64,000 nt of DNA, from IMG/VR virus record IMGVR_UViG_3300045988_109438. The stretch is one strand, 5' to 3'. Below the pieces are notes generated by a model that had not been told where the DNA came from, ran no database searches, and worked only from the letters and a program-made list of their open reading frames with translations. The translations under genes were made by a program, and so were the position numbers. Shown in pieces: positions 10,413-19,900 of the stretch (positions are counted from its first letter, which is position 1; each line of letters begins with the position of its first letter). The stretch comes from a virus.

Positions 10413-10781
10413 ATGATAGTATATGATTTAAATTCAGGACACAGAGAATATCCTGGATATGACGAGATAGAAGACAGACGAGGTGGAGGCAGAGGCAGAA
10501 GCCGGCGTTCTGATGGGACGTACATGGGGTACGGTGGTGGTATTTACGACCATTACGGTATGCATGAGAAGATGAAGGAAATGGAAGAGCGAGAAAACGA
10601 GCTGGAAGAAAGGGAAAGAAGGCTCGAAGAGCGCGAACGTCGTCATGAAATGGAGGACCGGGAATACCGGAGGATGGGTTACGAATCCTACCCGACCGAT
10701 TACTATGGAGACGACAGATACTACGGTGACGGACCTCAGATGCGTAGAGGTCGCGGACGTGGCAGAGGTCGTTCTTATTGA
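10413..10781 (+). CDS. Arg/Glu/Tyr-rich low-complexity protein (RGG/RGRGRGR boxes, ERERRLEERERR coiled coil)
   Basis: Compositional; encoded by GC-rich patch. Confidence 0.5.
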   Translation: MIVYDLNSGHREYPGYDEIEDRRGGGRGRSRRSDGTYMGYGGGIYDHYGMHEKMKEMEERENELEERERRLEERERRHEMEDREYRRMGYESYPTDYYGDDRYYGDGPQMRRGRGRGRGRSY

Positions 10782-10874
10782 GGAGCAGACGCAGAGGATC
10801 CAGCTTATCAGAAATATGTAGATACTTACGGCTACCATTTTTCTAATGCTCTTGCTGATGAGGCGGTAAAGAAG

Positions 10875-11168
10875 ATGGTCAACGTCGATGGATCCAAGAG
10901 GATCTGGAAGCAGCCGGAAATAAAAGATATTTTTGAAAAGTGCGGAGCGAAGAAGCCGGATAAAGCGACATGGGGCGATGTCCAATATGTCTTTGCAATG
11001 TACTATTCGGATGGTTTTCCGAAGGTCTTCAAATGTGAGAACGAGTTGGTGAAAGCTACGTTAATGTATTTGGATGATCCGGATGCTCCCGAAGGAGTAG
11101 CCTTTATAAGATGGCTTGCCGTGCAAGATTACCTCGGCGAAAAAATAAACTGGAAGGATCTGACCTGA
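10875..11168 (+). CDS. hypothetical protein
   Basis: ORF, followed by terminator. Confidence 0.45.
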   Translation: MVNVDGSKRIWKQPEIKDIFEKCGAKKPDKATWGDVQYVFAMYYSDGFPKVFKCENELVKATLMYLDDPDAPEGVAFIRWLAVQDYLGEKINWKDLT

Positions 11169-11272
11169 GATCCAGATCCAGGTCCTTCCGGTGGTGCGGG
11201 AGCCATAGTAAAAAATATGATTCCCGCATTCCCGTTTTTCCCGTTTGGAAAAAAAAGAATAAAAATGTTATA

Positions 11273-11312
11273 CCGGTCGGCGGGCAATAGAATACCCGTG
11301 GCCGGTTTGTTT
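11273..11312 (+). terminator. rho-independent terminator (GC-rich stem CCGGTCGGCGGG/CCCGTGGCCGG + T-rich tail)
   Basis: Imperfect GC hairpin followed by TTTGTTT...TTTTTTTT. Confidence 0.5.
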
Positions 11313-11465
11313 CACATAACTTTTTTTTGACATGAATATAGCACACGAATCTAAATCGAATAAAACCCCATTGTATTTAATAGGAGAAGGTGATTATATA
11401 CAACTTTACACCACAAATATATCAAATTGTTTTTATATATAAATAATAATTCTTACATTTGTGTC

Positions 11466-12689
11466 ATGAGATTAATTGAACAACATACGATCAAGCCAAG
11501 TTCTGTTTATTATAATGAACTTTATGACCTATTGCATAAGTGTAAAAACTTATACAATAAAGGATTGTATGTTGTTAGGCAACACTATTTTCAATACAAG
11601 GATGACAATACCGTAAAATACAAATATCTTAACTACTATTCTCTTGAAAAGAAACTAAGAGCAGAAAATGATGTTGACTATCGTGCTTTACCAACACCAG
11701 TTGCTCAACAAGTGTTGATGATGGTTGATAGAAACTTTAAATCTTTCTTCAATCTTCTAAATAAAAGGAATAGAGGTGAGTATTCCGAATTTGTTAGAAT
11801 ACCTAAGTATCTTAACAAAGATGGTTTGTTTCCTGCTGTTTTTACAACAAATGCTTTTTCTCAAAAATGGATAAAGCAAGGCGTTGTTAAGTTACCAAAA
11901 CAATTTTCCTTTACAACAAGGACTAACAAACAAAATATCCAACAACTTAGATTCATTCCTAAGAATGGGTATATTGTTCTTGAAATAGTTTACAACAAGA
12001 AGGAAAAAGATCTTATGTTAGATAATGGAAATTATCTTGGTATCGACATAGGATTGGATAATTTAGCATCTTGTGTTTCAAACACCGGTTCTTGTTTTAT
12101 TATCAATGGTAGACCACTGAAGTCTATCAACCAGTATTATAACAAAAGGTTAGCATTCTTAAAATCTAAGTTAAAAGATAATAAACATACTTCAAAACAA
12201 ATAAGGTCATTAACAAACAAAAGGAATAACAAGATCAAAGACTATCTTCATAAGGCAAGTAGGATATTGGTTAATCACGTAGTTTTCAATGGTATTAATA
12301 CGATCATAATCGGTCATAACAAATGCTGGAAACAAGAGATCAATATCGGAAAACGAAATAATCAGAACTTTGTATCTATTCCTTTTAATGTATTTATCTC
12401 AATGATATCTTATAAAGCAACATTAGAAGGTATTAATGTTAAGATTGTTGAAGAATCTTATACTTCAAAATGTAGCTTTTTGGATAATGAACGGATTTGT
12501 AAACATGAATCTTACAAAGGAAGAAGGATCAAACGAGGATTGTTTAAAACCTCGTTTGGTAAGATCATCAATGCTGATATCAATGGTGCATTTAACATCA
12601 TTAGAAAATCAGAAAAAGAATCCTTTGATGTAACGATGTTACTAAAAGGTAGAGGGTTTTGGTGGAACCCGGTACGGATTTCCGTATAA
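11466..12689 (+). mobile_element. tnpB: TnpB-like RNA-guided nuclease (IS200/IS605 OrfB family), stand-alone, copy A
   Basis: RuvC-I IDIGLDNLAS, RuvC-II EESYTSK, RuvC-III NADINGAFNI; no TnpA nearby; zinc-finger reduced to C-x7-C. Confidence 0.8.
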
Positions 12690-12886
12690 ATATGTATTAC
12701 TTTACGCTTTTGGTGTAAAGTAATACATAATCACCTAGGAGAGTTGATTGGCGTACCGAATACGGTTATGGACTCAGCATTGCATGAACTGAAAGATAGA
12801 ATAGACAAAGACCCTAAATATAAAGATGTTAAAAATTGGCTCGAATCTTTACCCAAGATCTGAACCTATTTTTTTTCAATACCGGG

Positions 12887-12920
12887 CCCGATGCGATTTT
12901 AACGTATCGGGTTTTTATTT
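12887..12920 (+). terminator. rho-independent terminator downstream of tnpB A (may coincide with IS right end / omega-RNA 3' region)
   Basis: Stem CCCGATGCG/CGTATCGGG followed by TTTTTATTTT. Confidence 0.55.
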
Positions 12921-12991
12921 TAATTCATATTGTTTTATTTTAAATCTAATTAATTCATGAATGTCGTACTTTTGTTGAAAAAGTATTTTTT

Positions 12992-13219
12992 ATGGAAAAT
13001 AAGGAAGATTACGTTGGTTACGAAGATCAAGAACTGTGTAACCGGTATTACAAAGAGGCTGAAGCCATGAGGCAAAAGCAGGACTGGTCTCGGCTTAGGG
13101 CTGTCCCTGCTCCGGCCAAGGGAACGCCATCGCCCGGCTGGGGTCAGCTTGGACGTGGAAATGATGTCCGTGTTAAGTACGTTAGCATCAATTCAGGATT
13201 AGGAGGGGACAGATTATGA
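12992..13219 (+). CDS. hypothetical small protein
   Basis: ORF; ATGA overlap with next ORF. Confidence 0.35.
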   Translation: MENKEDYVGYEDQELCNRYYKEAEAMRQKQDWSRLRAVPAPAKGTPSPGWGQLGRGNDVRVKYVSINSGLGGDRL

Positions 13220-13431
13220 CTGTAGAAGAATTGGCTAATAAAAGATACAGTGGCGAATTTGTTTTCATGCTTGGTCATTTGGAAGGTATAACAAGATTCG
13301 TTTTTGAATGTTTTGATCCCAGACCTGATCACGAAGGTAAAAATACTTATATGGTTTCCTATTTTGATAAGGGACTTCGTAGAAGAGATGTGGTAGATGT
13401 GCCATGTTATATGAATGTTTTAGCAAAATAA
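13216..13431 (+). CDS. hypothetical small protein
   Basis: ORF translationally coupled to previous. Confidence 0.35.
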   Translation: MTVEELANKRYSGEFVFMLGHLEGITRFVFECFDPRPDHEGKNTYMVSYFDKGLRRRDVVDVPCYMNVLAK

Positions 13432-13451
13432 ATTAAAATATTGTAAATATC

Positions 13452-14087
13452 GTGGTTAGAATCGCATATTTCGGAACCGATGGCTGCCCCGGTCATCACG
13501 TTATTCCAATACGAGGTAAATTCACAGAAGAGGATATTAAGGTAATAGAATCTGTAGATTGTGATGATTTCTATAAGGTGTTTGACGTTATGCGTTTTAA
13601 GATAGCTGAGTTTAAAGGATGGACGATATTGGGAATCCCGGCAAGCTTAGACGATCATAGACTTGGAAGCAAAACCGTTATCTTCATAGAAGGTAAAGCT
13701 AACGAAGCTGATTTTATAGAAGTCACACAAGAGTATTCTTTTCTTAAAAATAAGGTAAAGAAACTTGCCGAATTGTATCATGATGGAGAATGGCTTGCGA
13801 CTGGTAAATTGAATCAAGATCCGCCTACTAACAAGGAGCGGTTTCAATTCACGTTAGACAAGGATGATATTATTAACATGATTAGGGGAGTCGATTTAGA
13901 TCCTTATTCTGATGTGGCGAATGAAATGGAGAAAATCGGATTGGGATCATCATCTGATTCTTCATATGAGGGTCCCATATGGTCTTGGTTTGTTAACAAA
14001 GTAGAACTTTGGCAGAAGAATAATGTATGGGATAGTTTCTCCGCTGAGTTTTTGTGGGGTTTGTATTGTAGGATAAAGAAAGTATAG
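13452..14087 (+). CDS. hypothetical protein
   Basis: ORF in accessory operon. Confidence 0.5.
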   Translation: MVRIAYFGTDGCPGHHVIPIRGKFTEEDIKVIESVDCDDFYKVFDVMRFKIAEFKGWTILGIPASLDDHRLGSKTVIFIEGKANEADFIEVTQEYSFLKNKVKKLAELYHDGEWLATGKLNQDPPTNKERFQFTLDKDDIINMIRGVDLDPYSDVANEMEKIGLGSSSDSSYEGPIWSWFVNKVELWQKNNVWDSFSAEFLWGLYCRIKKV

Positions 14088-14195
14088 TAACAATTAATTT
14101 AAAACAAATCATGGAATTAAAAGATTTTAAAGATGTGGTTAGAGTAATGACAAAAGAAGAGTTCGAATCAGCAATCAACGAAGATATTAAATTCG

Positions 14196-14975
14196 TTGAA
14201 AGATTTAAGCATTTTTTTTAAACATGATGATGCTACGAGGATAATAGAACACGTAAAGTCAGTGTTAGAAGCATCAGTAGATTACTTCTATCCTAATCAT
14301 CCTGAAGTAGAATTTGAAAAAGATTTTAATATACAATACGATGTCAATAATATCTTGAACAAATACGGCCACACCGAAATGGGTCTGTATAAAATACAGC
14401 TCTATGTAGAGAAGATTTTGGGTAGTATTCAAAACAAGAAGCCTGTAGACGTGGGAGAAGTCTCTGACGGATACCACACTTTCAATGAATTGTATCGGTA
14501 TAGCATGTTGTATAACGCTGCCTTCTTTAATCTATTAGCCAGAAGCGGACAGGTTGAAGTTTGCAAATCAAGGAGACACAGCGACGGAGAAAAATGCTTC
14601 GGTTCTGATGATTGGTTTATTGTGATGGCGATCCTGCCTACCGGTCAGGTATCTAATCACTATGAAAGCAAATACTGGGATTTGTTTGATGTTCCTGAAA
14701 GAGAAACCGCTTTCGAATACGATGGCCATACACCAAATGAAGCTGCCGACAGACTTAAAAAGTATCTCAAACTGCCTCGTCGTGGCATGACATTCGAACA
14801 GGCTTTAGAACGGCTTAAATTAGGTCGTAAGATAAAAAGAATCGATTGGGGTAAAAAGTATATCTGTATGTTTGACGTAAATATATTGATGGTAGATACA
14901 GGTCAAAAAGTAGCATCAAATTGGAATCCAACCGAACATGATATTATGTCTAATGACTGGGAGATTGCGGGATGA
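14196..14975 (+). CDS. two-domain protein with C-terminal DUF2829 (Tad2-like, Thoeris anti-defense family) domain
   Basis: C-terminus MTFEQALERLKLGRKIKRIDWGKKYICMFD...NWNPTEHDIMSNDWEI fits DUF2829 pattern (M-F-x-A-L-x-x-L-K-x-G-x-K-v-x-R-x-x-W ... W-x-P-x-x-x-D-x-x-x-x-D-W-E-I); N-terminal ~190 aa domain unassigned; possible N-terminal extension from ATG 14111 via T8 run. Confidence 0.6.
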   Translation: MKDLSIFFKHDDATRIIEHVKSVLEASVDYFYPNHPEVEFEKDFNIQYDVNNILNKYGHTEMGLYKIQLYVEKILGSIQNKKPVDVGEVSDGYHTFNELYRYSMLYNAAFFNLLARSGQVEVCKSRRHSDGEKCFGSDDWFIVMAILPTGQVSNHYESKYWDLFDVPERETAFEYDGHTPNEAADRLKKYLKLPRRGMTFEQALERLKLGRKIKRIDWGKKYICMFDVNILMVDTGQKVASNWNPTEHDIMSNDWEIAG

Positions 14976-15247
14976 GTTTGTTTGTATGTTCAAAATGTGG
15001 CTGTATAGATAATACAGCCACATCATATTACTGGGCTCTTATAAGACCTTGTAAGAATCGTATTTACGATAAGTCGCTAAAGGGATATGAAGGCAAGCCT
15101 CTTTGTTCTGAATGTGCCGCTATTGAATATAGTAAGGGAGGCGAAGTGGTGGTAGTTCCTGGAACGTGGCACGGTAAGTTCAAGAAAGAATGGCCTACTG
15201 AAGAAGAAAAGAAACATATTGGTAAAAACGGAATATTAAATTTATAG
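14972..15247 (+). CDS. zinc-ribbon protein (CxxC...CxxC)
   Basis: CSKCGC...CSEC pairs; ATGA overlap with upstream gene. Confidence 0.5.
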   Translation: MSLFVCSKCGCIDNTATSYYWALIRPCKNRIYDKSLKGYEGKPLCSECAAIEYSKGGEVVVVPGTWHGKFKKEWPTEEEKKHIGKNGILNL

Positions 15248-15249
15248 TC

Positions 15250-15555
15250 ATGTGCAATAAAGAAATCGTGATATGCGCTGCCATCTGGGTGCAGGACGGC
15301 AAGAAGCGTCCCTATCAGCCCACCAATATACCATCCGGAACCGTGTTCTGTGGATTGAGACACCCCTCTATACTATCTCAACTTGCGGCATACGGTATAG
15401 CCCATAAAAACCGCAGTGTTCAAGGATTTTTGACAAGCAAGAATCGGTTTTTAACAAGAGAGGAAGCGTCTGAACTTGTTAGAAACAATAATCAGGAGAT
15501 GGTGGTAGATAGGAATGCCATTAGAGAACAGTTGTATTCAGAAGATTTGTATTAA
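15250..15555 (+). CDS. hypothetical protein
   Basis: ORF. Confidence 0.45.
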   Translation: MCNKEIVICAAIWVQDGKKRPYQPTNIPSGTVFCGLRHPSILSQLAAYGIAHKNRSVQGFLTSKNRFLTREEASELVRNNNQEMVVDRNAIREQLYSEDLY

Positions 15556-15572
15556 CTAAAAAATAAAACAAT

Positions 15573-15923
15573 ATGGGATTTATAATCAGAAAGTCAATCA
15601 TTTATAATATGATGGACGGCAATCAATTAAATTATGAATTTGACAACAGGGATTTAGATCATATCACATTTAAAGGTGATGGTAAAGAACCTTTTTCATT
15701 TAACAGAGTCCTTGTTGAAAATTTAATTGAGACATTTGAGACTATGCAAGATATATACTCTGATAATTACGGAATTAAGGTTTATACCGGTAATTGCATA
15801 ATTCAACTGAATGTAAATCCAAAGAACTTAAGTGAATCCTTTTTTGACGTATATGATAGAGATGGGATGAAATTGATATATAGCATACAAAATAGTATCT
15901 TGAAAGAAATGTTTGTCATATGA
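15573..15923 (+). CDS. hypothetical protein
   Basis: ORF. Confidence 0.45.
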   Translation: MGFIIRKSIIYNMMDGNQLNYEFDNRDLDHITFKGDGKEPFSFNRVLVENLIETFETMQDIYSDNYGIKVYTGNCIIQLNVNPKNLSESFFDVYDRDGMKLIYSIQNSILKEMFVI

Positions 15924-16237
15924 TTACTAAACAAGATATACAAGCAGCAGCATCGTATATTTTCCGAAGCAGTTTTGTCTCGGAGGACCAGGCAAGGAAA
16001 GCAATGGTAAAAGCCGGCAATAACGCTACCAAGATCCTCGTCAAGACCTTTAGAGGCAAGTTGTTCAAGAAAGCTTTTGAAAGAGCCCGTAGAGGAAAGG
16101 ATATCAGTTCTTTTGAAAGACAGGAAAAAGAAAGTGGTTTCAATTTTCTACATAATCCTAATAATGGTCGTATGCAAAGCGGTCATATTATAATAGATGG
16201 AATTGGTCTGTTTAAACAAATAATTCATGAAAGGTAA
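15920..16237 (+). CDS. hypothetical basic protein
   Basis: ORF overlapping previous stop. Confidence 0.45.
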   Translation: MITKQDIQAAASYIFRSSFVSEDQARKAMVKAGNNATKILVKTFRGKLFKKAFERARRGKDISSFERQEKESGFNFLHNPNNGRMQSGHIIIDGIGLFKQIIHER

Positions 16238-16400
16238 AAAAGTTGATATTCGTTTAGGCAGAGGTCTGGCGAATCAGATTAAGATAAACAAAACCATTCC
16301 AGTGTCTCATAAACCAAAAGAAGAACGTCGAATGATGTTTATTTGTGGTGATGATATTGCTTCTCTTATAAAGCGGTTTGAAAACGAATCAAAGTAATAT

Positions 16401-16434
16401 AAAGTCGGACATGTGTCTTGTCCGACTTTTTTTA
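16401..16434 (+). terminator. rho-independent terminator closing the accessory operon (AAGTCGGAC/GTCCGACTT + T7)
   Basis: Perfect 9-bp stem, 9-nt loop, TTTTTTT. Confidence 0.7.
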
Positions 16435-16446
16435 TATATTTGTGGC

Positions 16447-16770
16447 ATGGCAAGAGGTTATTATTGGATACCACAAACAGATGAAACGTTAAATGGCAGA
16501 AGCTATTACGTGGCTAAGATAGTAGGAGATATCACGTTTGATACTAAACGAAAAAGAATCGTATTTCAAGCTGATAGGTATTTCCCTGTAGGATCTGTTT
16601 TCCATTTTACGCACAATTGCTTCAATTATATCATAACTTGCCGACTTCGTAAGCCGGGGCTTTGGTTTGAAGCCAGGAGAGAGGATTCGGGCCCTATTTG
16701 CCCTGAAGATATTGAGCGCTTTGAATCGGGAAGGTTTATACACCGAGATGGGTACATGCATTACATATAA
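16447..16770 (+). CDS. hypothetical protein
   Basis: ORF starting MARGYYW after terminator; followed by hairpin+T-run at 16824..16860. Confidence 0.35.
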   Translation: MARGYYWIPQTDETLNGRSYYVAKIVGDITFDTKRKRIVFQADRYFPVGSVFHFTHNCFNYIITCRLRKPGLWFEARREDSGPICPEDIERFESGRFIHRDGYMHYI

Positions 16771-16913
16771 GCTGAACTTGACGATTTTTCGTCAGATTAT
16801 AATTTTTTTTTCATATTATTTTTAAGCCATCAGACTGAGAAGTTAGGTGGCTTTATTTTTTATGATATGCTTTATTTTTAACTACCTTTGTCTCATAACA
16901 AAAATGTTTTATC

Positions 16914-19900
16914 ATGGTATCAACGTGTATTATTAAAAGAGATAATAAAAAGAAAGTTGTTTCTGTCTCTACCAGATCAGGGGACAGGTCTATGTTGTTT
17001 GATAAGATAGCATCTATTCCTCTTATGGAGAACAGGGAACGGGCTACTACTGTTTTTAAAACCGTATTTTCTAATAAGTTCTTAAAGGATTTTGGCGACT
17101 GGAGAAAGAGAGTGCCTATCAACAAACCGGCTTATAATAAGGTTAAATCCAACATTGATCTTATTCCGGAAGCTTATAGAGAAAGGGTACTGGATAAGGC
17201 TTCTAAGATGAGCAACCCTATTCTTGTGTCAAAATCAGATGCACCTTATGGAATCCGAGAATCGGGCTTTGGATTCTACAGCCAAGATCTGGGTGATAAT
17301 ATTATGTTGGTGGATGCTATGGTTCCGTCAAGTATTTCCGTACCGGAAGGACCTGGAATAGACGCCGGGCAGTATTTACAAGATGCTATATCTTCGGACT
17401 TCACTCCCGTATCTATGGTACAGGATAAGGGTGTTAATTATATGGTTATAAAAGACGGTCTTAAGATATTTAGCCCAGAAGAGTTACCACAGACAGATTC
17501 TAATCCTGTGGGTGTAACGTATCATACTGGAGAGCCTCGTTTGTTTTTCATGAACGATCGTAGTCAATTATTTGAAGATTACGGAGAAGCTCTTCGCTCT
17601 GGAGGGAATGATATTAGAATAGGATTCTTATCCGGCACCGTTCAAGAATCTGCCGTGGATGGCGTGGCAGACATTACTTACAAGGCTGGAAAGTATGTTC
17701 TTAATAACCCCAAGTCTTTTATACCGGTCATGACCGCTTCTGCTTCTACTTCTTTATCAACAAAAGGTGGTATAATTAACTACCTTATAAAGAAAGGTCT
17801 TTTGTCCGGATCCAAGATATTCGATCCGGAAACAAGAAGCTATTATATTACAGGAGAAGGACATACAGGACAAATTAGACTTTTCAATTCAGCCTTATCC
17901 TACACTGAGCTCCGTAATCATTTTGGTTCCGATGTTTCCATGAACGACCAGGGTATGATAACCATAAATTCATTGGATAATAGTAAGGTAACTATGAGAC
18001 TCGCCACCGGAGGAACAGAAAGAGTTAGCAAGGAGCAGATAAAGAGCGATCTTAAGTCTGGAAGATACAATGAATTGGATGCTAAATACGATCACTTTGA
18101 TGCGCTTGTAGTTTCATTTATATTAGAAGACAATGATCTTTATGCTGATACTAAAGCTAAGATAGTATCGGATTATAGCCAAGAGGAACGTAATCAACGA
18201 AATTCTATTGTTGAGATACTGAAAACGCTGGGCGTTAGTGTCGTTGGCATGACCGATTATATAGAGAAGTACCAAACTAAATACGGACACGAACCTTCTG
18301 CTAAGGCATTGGCGGATATTGCCAATAACGTAATAGCAGTCGGTGAAGATGCTACTTTGTCTGACTTAGTAGAAGAAACAGCACACTTTCTCGTAGAGGC
18401 GTACAGAGATCAGAATGCTGTTGAATCTGTTTTGCAAGATGTAGAAGGCACTGAAGAATGGAATCAGTATGCAGGTCAGTATTATAATACATACGGTAAG
18501 GTATATGAAGGCTCTGAACTTGATAATGCTGTTAGGAGAGAAATTCTTGGAAAGATCCTCGCCAGGGAGATGCAGACCGGCACAGCACAGGCGCCGGTAG
18601 AGCCCACCTCCTTCCTGGGGCGCGTCCGGCAGCTTTTCTCTGGAATCGTAAGCTGGCTTAAATCAGCTTTATCAACCCAAAGACAAGATTTGAATAACGT
18701 TATTAAAAACATTCGTGATCTTGCCATTACTGACATAGATAAAGGATTTGACACCTCTCTGTTAAAGGATAATGACTTTACATTATACTCCCTTTCTTCT
18801 ATGAACAAGAACAAGTTTCTTGAGTCTAAGATCCTGGCATTAAGGAAAACATTAAGAGACTTACGTCAGATAAGCTCTGATAGGGCTGTAACTACGTCTA
18901 TGGCCCTTGCTCAGCTTAAGACCATAGAAGATAAGATAAATAAGGTAGAGACCGAAATAGACAAGAATGAGATGGCGGCTGCCATGAACAGCATGATCTC
19001 TACAGCCGAAGCTCAGGTCAGATACTTAAGCAATGTGGTGAACACCATCCTTCATGGTGATACCAAAGACGGTAAGCTTCACTTCAATACCAATGATCGA
19101 AAGAACGTAGATATTATCAACAATCAGGTTCTTCCGATCATGAACGATCTTCGAGGATATATCCGTAACAGAAGTACCGAATTTGATGAACGTGAAAAGC
19201 AGGATTATACAAATAGGATCAATACCGTCATTGCCGACATCAATGGTATTCAGTCTGATATTAAATCAGTACAAGACCTTGATGAAAGTACGTTGCTTGA
19301 TAAGTTAATGAACGAACTTCATGTGCCGGCAGATAAGGTAAAGAGAGTAAAAGAATTTTTCGACAAGGTTCAACACGATGTTTCTTGGATAAGTAGGTGG
19401 TTCGGTATATTAGAGCATTCTTCCAGTCCGTTCAATAACGCTCTTGGAGCTATGATTGCCAAAGACAATTACAATGCGATGGTGAATGCCCAGCCCGCCA
19501 TATCCGATTTCCTGGCATATGCGAAAAAGCATGGTTTTAACAAATCTGAATTTGAAAAACTGCTTCAGAAAGTAGACGGCAAAACTTCTAATTACCTTCG
19601 TAGTGCTCTTGATATGGCTAAATACGATCGTAATAAGAAGCTGGCGCAGATGCGAGCGTTTGCGACTGCCATGAACATAGAGATATCAGAAGAAGAAATT
19701 GGTGATGTGGTTGACAATAACCGTAATTACGTATTTAAAAGAGAAGTAGTTGACAAGGATGGAAATACGGTTACTGAAAACGCTAAATTCAAACCATCGT
19801 CTGATAGGGTTAATACCGATATTTTTACCATCGAGCAGGAAAAGATCTATACAGAGCAGATGGAAAAGTGGGATGCTGAAAATTCGGAACTGGAATTTAG

